DNA from: Bacilli bacterium
GTDB lineage: Bacteria > Bacillota_I > Bacilli_A > RFN20 > CAG-826
Assembly (NCBI GenBank): GCA_017454295.1
Contig: JAFTDF010000030.1
Coordinates: 79,089 to 143,088, forward strand
Direction of reading: 5' to 3'
DNA: 64,000 nt
Shown here: piece after piece, positions 33,147 through 42,102 of the stretch
How the letters are laid out: each line of letters begins with the position of its first letter
Position numbering within the stretch: position 1 is the stretch's first letter
The notes under the pieces: model-generated
What the model was told of the DNA's origin: nothing
The model's input: the letters and a program-made list of their open reading frames with translations, nothing else
The model's database searches: none
Made by a program: the position numbers and the translations under genes

Positions 33147-34197
33147 GGATCAGACTCCTTACCATGTAAACGGCATCCTCGCCATCGTCATAATAGGCTT
33201 TCTTCACGGTGACGGGAGCAAACTTATGTTTCTTATAGAAACGTTGCGCGTTTTCATTCGACTTGCGCACTTCAAGCGTCAAAAACTCAACGGGCTCGCC
33301 TTGGGCCTCGCATTCGCGGATCATGGCCCCAAGCAATAAATTTCCAATGCCTTTTTTCCGATAGGCCTCATCGACGGCGATTTGGACGATGGTCGCCGAA
33401 TTGAAGGTGACAAAGAAATCGAGGTAACCCACGACATAACCATCCACCAAGGCGGTATAGAAATAGGCGATGGGGTTTTCCTGCATGTCGAAATAGAGAT
33501 CTTTTTCCGAATAGGTGCTATGGAGGGAAGCTTTTCCGATTTCTAAGATACGGGGCAAGTCGGAAATCATTGCTTTCCGAACGACGGTTCGCAAGCGGTC
33601 TTTATCATAATCGTCTTTCAGGTAGACCGGGCGGGCGGCATGGACGTTGCCGATCCGATGGGCTTCGTCTGCGTCTTTCGCCAAGATGGAAAGCACGTCG
33701 CTTTCTTCGCTTTCTAGCCCGAGATAGCCCACGTCTCCACAAAGATGATATTCAGGATGGGCGGCGACATAAAAAAGCACTTCTTCGTTGGTCTTAATGC
33801 AGTCTTCCACCAAGGCTTTTCCTTGCTCATAAACGGCGAAATAAGAACGCTTCCCACGGGCATTCACGAGACAAATCGAAGTGCCTTCCTTGGCCCGCAA
33901 GATTTCTAAAGAAGACGATAAATAAAGAGGGATTTGCAAAGAAAATGCAATGGTTTTCGCCACGGATAAGGCAATGCGGACACCGGTATAAGAACCCGGC
34001 CCTTTGGCGACGGAAACGCCACAAATATCTTGTCGTTTGAGGTGGTTTTCCACCAGGATTTTTTGGACTTCTTCCACTAAGGATTCGGATTGTTTTTGCC
34101 AGGCTTCATAGGAGATGGCGGCAAAGATTTGGCCATCTTTGGCTAGTCCCACCGAGAGGTAACGATCCGAGGTATCAAGACAAAGTAAAACACCCAT
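33139..34197 (-). CDS. tsaB: TsaB-RimI fusion (t6A protein TsaB + GNAT acetyltransferase)
   Basis: N-terminal TsaB-like half (LCLDTSDRYLSVGL...GPGSYTGVRI). C-terminal GNAT half with acetyl-CoA site QIAVDEAYRKKGIGNLLL and RFYKKHKF. Confidence 0.85.
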   Translation of the reverse strand: MGVLLCLDTSDRYLSVGLAKDGQIFAAISYEAWQKQSESLVEEVQKILVENHLKRQDICGVSVAKGPGSYTGVRIALSVAKTIAFSLQIPLYLSSSLEILRAKEGTSICLVNARGKRSYFAVYEQGKALVEDCIKTNEEVLFYVAAHPEYHLCGDVGYLGLESEESDVLSILAKDADEAHRIGNVHAARPVYLKDDYDKDRLRTVVRKAMISDLPRILEIGKASLHSTYSEKDLYFDMQENPIAYFYTALVDGYVVGYLDFFVTFNSATIVQIAVDEAYRKKGIGNLLLGAMIRECEAQGEPVEFLTLEVRKSNENAQRFYKKHKFAPVTVKKAYYDDGEDAVYMVRSLIHG

Positions 34198-34198
34198 A

Positions 34199-34648
34199 CT
34201 AGTTCCGTAAGGCCTCCTCTAATTCTTGCCCCCGTGGACCCTTTCCTTCGATGACGATTCGTCGGGCAGATCCGTCGTGGTAAAGGCGGATATGCAAACG
34301 CTCATCAGGGAGGAGCGATTCGATATAAACGGGCCACTCGATGAAACAGGCGCCATCGCCTTCGATAAACTCTTCGAGGCCAAGTTCCATGTTCTGGCCT
34401 TCGAGTCGGTAAGCATCGATATGGTAAAGCGGAAGCGTTCCTTTGAAATAACACTTCAAGATATTGAAGGTCGGGGAAATCACATCTTCCCCACAACGCA
34501 GTCCTTCAGCTACACCAGAGACCAGCGTCGTTTTCCCCGCGCCGAGTTCGCCTTCCAGGAGAACCACATCACCTGGACGCAAAAAAGAAGCGAGTTTTTC
34601 CCCGAGGGCTTTCGTGGATTCTTTAGAGTCACTATGCAATTCGAACAT
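34199..34648 (-). CDS. tsaE: tRNA t6A ATPase TsaE
   Basis: P-loop GELGAGKTTLV. ATG 34648 preferred over the track's GTG 34657. Confidence 0.88.
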   Translation of the reverse strand: MFELHSDSKESTKALGEKLASFLRPGDVVLLEGELGAGKTTLVSGVAEGLRCGEDVISPTFNILKCYFKGTLPLYHIDAYRLEGQNMELGLEEFIEGDGACFIEWPVYIESLLPDERLHIRLYHDGSARRIVIEGKGPRGQELEEALRN

Positions 34649-34650
34649 CG

Positions 34651-35211
34651 TTACCACTTCTTCGTTAAAATCGGTTTGTTCTCTTCTAAAAAGAGATTAT
34701 AGAGCCGTTCGATTTCGCTCTGGATGAAAGGGAATTCTCCGTTAGCGATCATCGCTTTGACTTCTTTGGTCGACTTTTCCACGGCACGGCTAAGCTCGGC
34801 GGGATAACCATAGGTTTGGCTATGCCGTTCATATTCGTTTTCGTCTAAGGTACGTTCGACGCCATCGGGATAGAGTTTGACATCGAGATCATAATCGATG
34901 TATTTGAGGAACCCTTGGTCCAAAAGGGCGGGGGAAGCGATATTGACGTAATAGCAAATACCGCGCTTCTCCTTGAACATGGCGATGACGTTCATCCACT
35001 TCTTTTTAAATAAAAGAAACACCGCTTTTTCTTTGGTCATCCATTTCCGGCCATCGGCTTCCGTGACCAAAGAAGCTTTGGAAACCAAAGCCCAATATTC
35101 ATCCGTCTCCTCCGCCAGATAAGCGGGAGACCATTGCCGATGGAGGACCCCATCGTGCTTATAAGCCTGCACTCGAAGCCACCGGTGCCGGTGGGAATTG
35201 AACTCGTTCAT
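34651..35211 (-). CDS. DUF402-family nucleoside tri/diphosphate phosphatase-like protein
   Basis: MNEFNSHRHRWLRVQAYKHDG...YYVNIASP...IDYDLDVK pattern, typical of UPF0374/DUF402. Start moved to ATG 35211, because the track extension covers a promoter and a terminator. Confidence 0.75.
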   Translation of the reverse strand: MNEFNSHRHRWLRVQAYKHDGVLHRQWSPAYLAEETDEYWALVSKASLVTEADGRKWMTKEKAVFLLFKKKWMNVIAMFKEKRGICYYVNIASPALLDQGFLKYIDYDLDVKLYPDGVERTLDENEYERHSQTYGYPAELSRAVEKSTKEVKAMIANGEFPFIQSEIERLYNLFLEENKPILTKKW

Positions 35212-35253
35212 ACGACATACCTTGCAAAAGACCAAAGTCTTTTCTCGCGTTCC

Positions 35254-35282
35254 ATTATAAAGCCCAATGGAAAAGGCACCAA
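35254..35282 (-). promoter_or_regulatory. candidate promoter for DUF402-tsaE-tsaB-tsaD-asnS operon
   Basis: Minus strand has TTGGTG (35282..35277), a 17-nt spacer, then TATAAT (35259..35254). Confidence 0.4.
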
Positions 35283-35334
35283 CTCTTTTATAAAAGAGAG
35301 GAAACCCCGCTGCAAAAACAAGCAACCCGTGACC

Positions 35335-35362
35335 AAATAAAAAAGCAGGCCAATCGACCTGC
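35335..35362 (-). terminator. rho-independent terminator
   Basis: Minus strand has GCAGGUC-GAUU-GGCCUGC followed by UUUUUUAUUU, after the stop at 35372. Confidence 0.7.
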
Positions 35363-35371
35363 CAGTTGTTC

Positions 35372-36469
35372 TTAATCGTTTTGGTTCAACGTTAACGCCG
35401 CACCCAAGACCACCTTGAGCTGCTCTTTGTAGCGTTGCACGAATTTGGGGTTAAACGGCTTTTGGCTTGGTAAGACCATGATGTCGTCTTCATAACCCAG
35501 ATAGAAGAAAGTGCGACCCGAGGAAATCACGATGGTGGCATCGCAAAGTAAGGAATCGGTCTTGATGGCGCGGATGGCGTCTTTCACCTTCTTGGTAAGG
35601 ATCTTTTTATCCGCGGGACTCCCATAGATCGCCATCGCCTTGGTTTCTTCCAGCACATGCATTTCCTCTAAGGAATCCGGCTTTAAAGCCCGATCGTTAC
35701 CTTTGAGGTAAATCGTTATCGGCTCGCTGACTTCGACGGTGTTGTGGGTGCGCAGGAATTTGCCAACGAAAATGGTTTGAAGCGCTTTGCCGCCATCTTT
35801 TTGGGCAGCGGCATCGGCAAGCGCGCAATCCATGCCCTGATATTGGAAGACGATGTTATCACGAGAACCGATCGAGGCGGCGTTATTAAAGATTTTCCCG
35901 GCGTGGAATTCTTCGTTAGCGACCTTATCGTCGACCCCGCCTTCGGCAGAGGGGATGCCATAGCTACCAAGGGTGTAATCGTTCACCGCGCCATAATAGG
36001 CAACGAAATATTCGTGGATGTCCTTTTGGTCTTTCTTGCGGTTGACGGCGTTATAGATAAACAAGCCGATGGCTCCGGCGACCGCCCCACCTAAACCAAT
36101 ATAGATGGGAAGCAATCCTTGGTTTTTGATGAGCAAGGTCGGGACGATCCAGGCGGAAAGGATGATCAGCAAGACGACGATGGACACCGCCATCTTCACA
36201 CGGGAACGTTTCTTGAAACCCTTAATCCATTTGGCACGGGCCGCTTCGATATCGGCTAAACGGGGATCGTCATAATCATAGTGATCGGGCTCCGGCTCGG
36301 GTTCTGGCTCCGGCTCGGGCTCCGGCTCGGGTTCGGGCTCAGGTTCGGGAGCGGGTTCTTCCGCCTGAGGTGCTTCGATTTTGGCGTCGGCGAAATCATC
36401 GTCATCGCTCACTTCGGGGGTGGCAACGACTTCGGTTTCTTTGATTTCTTTTTCGGTTTCGGGGGTCAT
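35372..36469 (-). CDS. membrane protein with acidic (Pro-Glu)n N-terminal tail, unknown function
   Basis: 365 aa: acidic N-terminus with EPAPEPEPEPEPEPEPEPEPEPEPD, then two TM segments, then a roughly 230-aa globular C-terminal region. Confidence 0.65.
   Translation of the reverse strand: MTPETEKEIKETEVVATPEVSDDDDFADAKIEAPQAEEPAPEPEPEPEPEPEPEPEPEPEPDHYDYDDPRLADIEAARAKWIKGFKKRSRVKMAVSIVVLLIILSAWIVPTLLIKNQGLLPIYIGLGGAVAGAIGLFIYNAVNRKKDQKDIHEYFVAYYGAVNDYTLGSYGIPSAEGGVDDKVANEEFHAGKIFNNAASIGSRDNIVFQYQGMDCALADAAAQKDGGKALQTIFVGKFLRTHNTVEVSEPITIYLKGNDRALKPDSLEEMHVLEETKAMAIYGSPADKKILTKKVKDAIRAIKTDSLLCDATIVISSGRTFFYLGYEDDIMVLPSQKPFNPKFVQRYKEQLKVVLGAALTLNQND
36287..36349 (-). repeat. hexanucleotide (GGYTCN)n repeat encoding (PE)n
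   Basis: gggctccggctcgggttctggctccggctcgggctccggctcgggttcgggctcaggttcggg. Confidence 0.9.
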
Positions 36470-36517
36470 GGGATATTCCTCCTAGGCAAAGATTATATAC
36501 AAAACGGGCCAAAAGCA

Positions 36518-37594
36518 CTAATCGATAGGCTTAGCCTTATCGATGGGGGAAAGGAAGATGGCATAGGACCAAGCGGTCAAAACCACCAAAGCCCCGGCCC
36601 CGATATTCATAAAATAGGAAGTGTAATCTTGGCCTTTGATGGCAAGCTTCACCAATCTGGATAAGGCGTAGGCTGCCACCACCCCACCCAAAAACATCAG
36701 TCCATAAAGGAATCCACGGGGGCGATATTTTCCTTTTCTGCCCATCAAAAGGGTAACCAGGCAAAGCCCCACCATCAGGAACGAGGCAATCCAAGCCGCC
36801 ATGGCATCGACATCAAAGGAGAACTCGGACCCGTATTCACCATAATCCCCATAATAAAAGGATTGGATATAACGGGTCAGATAATAAACGAAAGAGCCCA
36901 CGGCCACGAAGCCGATGAGCGAAATCACGATCGATTCGGCATGCGTGAGGGAACGCTTAGTCACTTCTTTAGTTTGATGCCCTTTTAGCAAATACAGTTG
37001 CGGTGCTTGACGCAGCATCAAAATCATCGTCACCGTGGTTAAGAAGCCACAAGGCAACATAAACGCGGCGTTATAAAGGAAACAGTATAAGAACGGATTC
37101 ATGGCCGTTAACCCCCAGGCAAAACCACTCGGATCCGCCCAGAAAAGGATCCCCGATAAGAAATGGCAAAGGAGTTTTCCCAAGGTTCCCAAAACAATGG
37201 CGATACTTAGCGCGACCGCCCGTCCCTTAAAGTCGGTAGCGCGGTCAAAGGCAGGTTTCATCACCGCGGCAAGGGCCACAAAAGGATAGGCCAAAACATA
37301 ATCGAGCAAGACTTGGACGATCACTTTCCAAGGGGAAGCGGCAATCATATAGGGGCCGGTCATCAAATCAAAAAGTCCGATGATCAAGCCAACGAGAAAT
37401 CCCGAAATGGGACCCCGCCGGAAACACATCAACACCACGACCACCATGGCAATCCCAATGGATCCACCATTGACGAACACGCCTTTAAACATCGCCCCAG
37501 CTAATTCATCGAGAATAAAACCGGCGGCGGCCATAATCGCGATTTCGCACATCAGCGTGATCGGCGAAACACGTTGTCTTTTCAAAGCTCTCAT
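36518..37594 (-). CDS. thiT: thiamine ECF S component (ThiT-like) with extra C-terminal membrane domain
   Basis: Directly downstream of a TPP riboswitch and terminator. ATG 37594 is preceded by GGAGGAG. The N-terminal roughly 195 aa are ThiT-like (…GGSIGIAMVVVVLMCFRRGPISGFLVGLIIGL…). About 160 further aa carry 4 more TM segments. Confidence 0.7.
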   Translation of the reverse strand: MRALKRQRVSPITLMCEIAIMAAAGFILDELAGAMFKGVFVNGGSIGIAMVVVVLMCFRRGPISGFLVGLIIGLFDLMTGPYMIAASPWKVIVQVLLDYVLAYPFVALAAVMKPAFDRATDFKGRAVALSIAIVLGTLGKLLCHFLSGILFWADPSGFAWGLTAMNPFLYCFLYNAAFMLPCGFLTTVTMILMLRQAPQLYLLKGHQTKEVTKRSLTHAESIVISLIGFVAVGSFVYYLTRYIQSFYYGDYGEYGSEFSFDVDAMAAWIASFLMVGLCLVTLLMGRKGKYRPRGFLYGLMFLGGVVAAYALSRLVKLAIKGQDYTSYFMNIGAGALVVLTAWSYAIFLSPIDKAKPID

Positions 37595-37604
37595 CTTGCT
37601 CCTC

Positions 37605-37745
37605 CAAAAAAGAAATCCGCTATGCAAGCGGAAAGAAGAAGCGAGACTTCCCGAGTCCCTCCGCTAGCATTGCCTAGTTCAGGTCGTAGGGTCGCAGCTC
37701 CCGCTGCCTCTCAGCCAATTTGGCTCCCCTATCGGACGGGAATAG
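37605..37745 (-). promoter_or_regulatory. TPP (THI-box) riboswitch with terminator expression platform
   Basis: The reverse complement reads aggggagccaaattggCTGAGAggcagcgggagctgcgACCCTacgACCTGAactaggcaatgctaGCGGAGGGA, matching the THI-box cores. It is followed by hairpin TCCGCT-TGCAT-AGCGGA plus TTTCTTTTTT (37632..37605). Confidence 0.85.
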
Positions 37746-37775
37746 GATAGTCCTTTCTAAGCAAAAATCAATGTT

Positions 37776-38414
37776 TCAAAACTTGGGATCGTCTTCGCTG
37801 CAGATGATCAAAGCTTTCCCAGAAGCCAGCTCAATAACCGCCTCTTCCGCCACGAATTCGTTGGAGATTCCTAGGCGGGTCCCTGCCTTTAAAACCGAAG
37901 TTGGATATTCGTAAAGAAGTCCTTGCCCTTGAACGAGGCAATCTTCTAACGGAAACAGAGAAAAGAATCGGTAATCTTTCTTGGGGAACACCCGTTTCTG
38001 CCCTGCTTCCACAATCGTCACAAACGAATGGTTATCCACAAAAGAAAGGCTGGGATAAGCGGAAAGAAGAAGTAAGTTTGCGTAAAGATGTTCGATGCGT
38101 TTTCCCTGCAAACCGCCCACGATTAAGATGGATTTTGCGGTTTTGAATTGTTTAATCGCATATTCGGTATCGGTGTCGTCTTTCATCACCGGAAGTTTGG
38201 TAATCTGGGTTCCGCTTTCTTGGAGCTGGGTAAATCCGGAAGGGGAAACGGAATCGAAATCCCCAATGGCTTCATCCATGGCAATGCCATTTTCCAGGCA
38301 ATAAAACGCCCCGGCATCGACGCCAACGACATAGGCTCCTACACAAAGGGATTTAGTCAGGCGCGGGGACGCGTCTTGCCCCAAAACTAACACAACGAAA
38401 TCTTGTTTTGCCAT
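37776..38414 (-). CDS. thiN: thiamine pyrophosphokinase
   Basis: GVDAGA...AIGDFDS motif and a C-terminal thiamine-binding beta domain. 212 aa. Confidence 0.82.
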   Translation of the reverse strand: MAKQDFVVLVLGQDASPRLTKSLCVGAYVVGVDAGAFYCLENGIAMDEAIGDFDSVSPSGFTQLQESGTQITKLPVMKDDTDTEYAIKQFKTAKSILIVGGLQGKRIEHLYANLLLLSAYPSLSFVDNHSFVTIVEAGQKRVFPKKDYRFFSLFPLEDCLVQGQGLLYEYPTSVLKAGTRLGISNEFVAEEAVIELASGKALIICSEDDPKF

Positions 38415-39061
38415 TGGATGGGTTCTACTCCGTGTTGAATCAAATAAGCATTGGTTTTTGAGAAATGGGCGCAGCCGAAGAAGCCGCCTCGATTCGCCGA
38501 TAGGGGCGAGGGATGGGCCGCGGTGAGAACGAGGTGATTCGGGTTATGAAGATACTTGGCAAAGCCACGGGCAAATCCACCCCACAGTAAGAAGACAATC
38601 GGTTGGGGAAGTTGATCCAGATAGGCAAAGACTTCCGCCATAAATTCTTCGTAGCCGCGGTTACGGTGGCTTAATGGGGCGTGGGCATCCACGGACAAGA
38701 AAGCGTTGAGCAGCAAAACCCCTTGTTCGGCCCAATGGGTGAGGTCGCCGTTGTCCTCGTCCATCGCAATCCCTAAATCATCTTCGATTTCCTTATAGAT
38801 ATTGCGAAGAGAAGGAGGCAGCATTGTGCCGCGGGGAACGGAAAAAGATAAACCCATCGCCTGTCCAGGCTCATGATAAGGGTCTTGCCCCAAGATCACG
38901 ACTTTGACCTTTGAAGGCGGGGTGAGTTCGAATGCCTTAAACATATTCCGCCGCGGCGGATAGACCGCAGCGTGGGCGTATTGATCATCCAAAAACGCCT
39001 TTAAGGATTTCGCATAAGGCTCTTCCGCGATTTGGTGAAATAAAGAATCCCAGCCTTCCAT
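38387..39061 (-). CDS. ung: uracil-DNA glycosylase
   Basis: Motif A VVILGQDPYH and motif B AAHPSPLSA. 224 aa. Confidence 0.93.
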   Translation of the reverse strand: MEGWDSLFHQIAEEPYAKSLKAFLDDQYAHAAVYPPRRNMFKAFELTPPSKVKVVILGQDPYHEPGQAMGLSFSVPRGTMLPPSLRNIYKEIEDDLGIAMDEDNGDLTHWAEQGVLLLNAFLSVDAHAPLSHRNRGYEEFMAEVFAYLDQLPQPIVFLLWGGFARGFAKYLHNPNHLVLTAAHPSPLSANRGGFFGCAHFSKTNAYLIQHGVEPIQWQNKISLC

Positions 39062-39423
39062 TATAGTGACATGTCCTCATAATTCGGGTCTTGCGACATC
39101 CAATAATTGGCCCGTTTCCGGAAGAAGAAACCAAGGATCCAAAGAATCAAAGAGATGCCACAGAAGGCCCAAAACACGATCATCAACGAGAGGAATAAGG
39201 GACGGTTGGTGGCTTGCGAATAAAGAATCGAAAAGGCAAAGCCGCCAAATAAGAAGAGCAAGAATAAGGAAAACCCAAAGCGAAGGCAAAACACATAAAG
39301 CTTGGTATAGACCGCAATCGCCCGAGAATGATCGCTGGTTTTCACCTTCTTCGGAGCGGTCTTTTTGCCTTCTTCGTGGATGGTTTCGGAGATAATCTCC
39401 GCTTCGATGATTTTGTCGTCCAT
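39061..39423 (-). CDS. hypothetical membrane protein
   Basis: 120 aa with a charged N-terminus, then 2-3 TM segments. The stop overlaps the ung start. Confidence 0.5.
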   Translation of the reverse strand: MDDKIIEAEIISETIHEEGKKTAPKKVKTSDHSRAIAVYTKLYVFCLRFGFSLFLLFLFGGFAFSILYSQATNRPLFLSLMIVFWAFCGISLILWILGFFFRKRANYWMSQDPNYEDMSL

Positions 39424-39453
39424 GTGGCTATGCTACCAAGTTCTTATTTTTCG

Positions 39454-41046
39454 TCAATCGAAACAGGCGATGATGGGATAGGTGGTTTGCTTCCCTTCCA
39501 TCGCATAGATTTCCAAGAACGGATTCTCTTTGGTCAGGATTGCTTCAATTTCACGGACCTGATCTTCGGTGATGCTTTTCCCATAGAAATAGGTGAGGAC
39601 CTCTTTCTCGGCGAAATCGGGAAGCTGTAAAAGGATCTTGGTAAACAAGGCAACGACATCCTTGCCACAAGCGCAGGGGTCGCCATGGACGAAGCCAACG
39701 TAATCTCCCTTATGAACTTGTTGGTTATCGAAACGGAATCCCTTTACCGCTTGACCGATCTCTAAGGCAAAGACCGATTTCAAAGCTTCTCTGCCACGGG
39801 TGAGATTATCTTCGAGTTCGAAACAGGCAAAATCCATGATGGAGATGGCGCCGAGGCCTTCCCCAACGCTCTTGGTGGGCAAAACATAAACGGGTTTGCC
39901 TTTGACCATCTTGGCCGCTTGTTCAGCGACCATGACTTCGTTGCCGTTGTTGGGCATGACGATCAACGACTCACATTTGGCCTGCGTCATGGCGGCGAGG
40001 AATTCGCCCATCGAAGGCGACATCGCTTCCCCGGCCACCAATAAAGAGGAGGCACCATAATTGGTGAAGACGGAGCCGATTTCGTGGTTGGGAACCACCA
40101 CTAACGCACCGATGGGCGCAAGCTCTTCGTCTTCTTCTTTGGGCTCGTAACGACGGCGGCTTTGTTCCGCCATATCATCGGCCTTAAAGGTTACCAACGC
40201 GCCATAGGTGCGGGCAAAATCCGCGACCTTGGAAGGTTCCCTGGTGTGGATGTGGGTTTTCACCAAATCCCCTTCTTCAAAACAAACGATGGAATTTCCA
40301 AAACCCTCTAATTTTGCGCGGAATTCATTCAAATCAAAGGCAATTTGCGGTTTTTTCTGAAAAATGAATTCGGTGCAAAAGCCTTCTTCCGGGTTGGGTT
40401 CATGGAGAATGGGCTTTTGGAACGATTCTGGGAAATCTTCCTCCTTGACCCCTAGCCCTTTGGCCATGCCTTGGAAGAAGTATAAGATCCCGGCGCCGCC
40501 ACTATCGATGACGCCGGCCGCCTTTAAGACGGGCAGCAAATCGGGGGTATGACGAAGCGAATGACGCATCGCTTCCAGCAAGAACTCGAAATAGACCTCA
40601 AACGAATCCAAATCCTGAACTTGATTCATCGATTCAACGGATTCGCGGAGCACGGTAAGCATCGTCCCTTCCACAGGATGGACCACCACCTCATAAGCCC
40701 GCTTCACCCCTTCTTGCATCGCTTGATGGAAGATGGCGACATCGGCGTCTTCATAGGCGGAGAGACCTTGGCTTAAGCCGGCGATGAATTGGGAAAAGAT
40801 AACGCCCGAATTTCCTTTCGCGGCAAATAAAGATCCCACGGCCAATTCATTGGCGATATCGGCCAAGGATCCTTTTTCCTGCAAGCGGGAGATACCTCCT
40901 TGGATGCAAGCGAGCATATTGTTTCCGGTATCGCCATCCGCGACGGGAAAAACATTGAGGTCGTTAATCTCTTCTTTATGGGAAAGAAGTTCCGAGGCCC
41001 CCAAGTTGACCATCAAGCGGAATAGCGAAGCGGTAAGTCGGTTCAT
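39454..41046 (-). CDS. fakA: DAK2-domain protein (YloV/FakA-type fatty acid kinase subunit)
   Basis: DhaL-like N-domain with FPVADGDTGNNM. About 530 aa. Translationally coupled (ATGA) to the upstream DegV gene. Confidence 0.7.
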   Translation of the reverse strand: MNRLTASLFRLMVNLGASELLSHKEEINDLNVFPVADGDTGNNMLACIQGGISRLQEKGSLADIANELAVGSLFAAKGNSGVIFSQFIAGLSQGLSAYEDADVAIFHQAMQEGVKRAYEVVVHPVEGTMLTVLRESVESMNQVQDLDSFEVYFEFLLEAMRHSLRHTPDLLPVLKAAGVIDSGGAGILYFFQGMAKGLGVKEEDFPESFQKPILHEPNPEEGFCTEFIFQKKPQIAFDLNEFRAKLEGFGNSIVCFEEGDLVKTHIHTREPSKVADFARTYGALVTFKADDMAEQSRRRYEPKEEDEELAPIGALVVVPNHEIGSVFTNYGASSLLVAGEAMSPSMGEFLAAMTQAKCESLIVMPNNGNEVMVAEQAAKMVKGKPVYVLPTKSVGEGLGAISIMDFACFELEDNLTRGREALKSVFALEIGQAVKGFRFDNQQVHKGDYVGFVHGDPCACGKDVVALFTKILLQLPDFAEKEVLTYFYGKSITEDQVREIEAILTKENPFLEIYAMEGKQTTYPIIACFD

Positions 41047-41978
41047 TTTTGTCCTAAGATGTTGGCAAGAAGCGCCTTCTCTTCGGATAGACCCTCGCTT
41101 AAGGGTTTACCGTAATAGAACGCCGCGGCTAAGCCCGGCCCCATATTGGCGCCACTGGTTTGGTCGACGATGGAGATGATAACGTCCTTGGGCTGAACGA
41201 GTTTTAAGATCGCTTCTTTTAAGAATTCGGCTTCCTGCGGACGGAGCGAATGGCAAACGAAGAGGACGTGCTTTTCCGGTTCGACAATCGTCTGCTTCAC
41301 ATATTCGGCCGCGGCCAATAAGGATTTCCGCTTCCCTTTGCCCTTGCCAATGACTTCGGAAAGGCCGTTGGCGGCGAAATCCGCCATCGGCTCCACACCG
41401 ACGAGATTCCCCATGAAGGCTTTGGCTTTGGAAATGCGACCCGCGCGGGCCAAGAAGAAAAGGTCATCCATGATGCCGATTTGGTGGAAACAGGATTTGT
41501 TCTCTTCGATCCAAGCGGCGGTTTCTTGAAGGGTCTTGCCCTGGGTACGGAGCTCGTTGGCTTCGACCAAGAGCAAACCCAGCGCGGTGGAGTAGCGGCG
41601 CGAATCGATCACGACGATTTCGCATTCGGGATGCTTTTCTTTCACCCGTTCCGCCGCCTTTAAAGAGAAGTTATAGGTGCCGCTTAAGGCCGCGGAAATC
41701 ACGATGCAAAGAATATCTTTGCCCGCGGCGGCGACCTCTTCCATCGCCGCTTCGATTTCATCGATATTGGCGGCCGCGGTTTTGAACATACCGCCTTTTT
41801 TATTCATGGAACCGAAATAGGCTTCCGGAGACATCCGGGCATATTCGGGGTCGGCCTTTTCGCTATGGCCGTCGGGGTAAGTGATATTCCCCAAAAAGAT
41901 TTTGTCCACGCCAAAACGCTGCCGTAAGCTGGCGTCGAAGGCGCAGCCGTCATTACTTAGAATCGCAAATGGTCTCAT
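41043..41978 (-). CDS. fakB: DegV-family fatty-acid-binding protein (FakB-like)
   Basis: Length and pattern typical of DegV (…ISAALSGTYN…). Adjacent to the DAK2-domain gene. Confidence 0.7.
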   Translation of the reverse strand: MRPFAILSNDGCAFDASLRQRFGVDKIFLGNITYPDGHSEKADPEYARMSPEAYFGSMNKKGGMFKTAAANIDEIEAAMEEVAAAGKDILCIVISAALSGTYNFSLKAAERVKEKHPECEIVVIDSRRYSTALGLLLVEANELRTQGKTLQETAAWIEENKSCFHQIGIMDDLFFLARAGRISKAKAFMGNLVGVEPMADFAANGLSEVIGKGKGKRKSLLAAAEYVKQTIVEPEKHVLFVCHSLRPQEAEFLKEAILKLVQPKDVIISIVDQTSGANMGPGLAAAFYYGKPLSEGLSEEKALLANILGQK

Positions 41979-42065
41979 ATGATTTCGTCCTTTGAATGCG
42001 AGGGCTATTTTAGGACGAATTTTCCTTATAGGAAAGGGAAATAGTCCTTTCGGTTTCCTTTTTAT

Positions 42066-42095
42066 TTGAAATGCACCGCCCTATCTCCCTACAAT
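42066..42095 (+). promoter_or_regulatory. candidate promoter, leaderless configuration
   Basis: TTGAAA (42066..42071), an 18-nt spacer, then TACAAT (42090..42095). ATG 42103 is only 7 nt downstream and there is no SD. Confidence 0.35.
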
Positions 42096-42102
42096 ATGGG
42101 CC

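Noticed and set aside
35212-35325. N-terminal extensions of track ORFs: 34651..35325, 7949..8725, 6284..6826, 20157..21653, 715..1758, 1550..2356, 11659..13593, 36518..37627 and 45030..
   Set aside because: The extensions overlap the upstream gene, a promoter, a terminator or a riboswitch terminator, and lack family-like sequence. Internal ATGs with an RBS or stop-start coupling fit better.
38032-38040. Perfect DnaA-box-like TTATCCACA
   Set aside because: It is a single copy inside the thiN coding region with no cluster of boxes or AT-rich unwinding element, so it is expected by chance. No oriC is evident despite the parAB/mnmG/rsmG genes.
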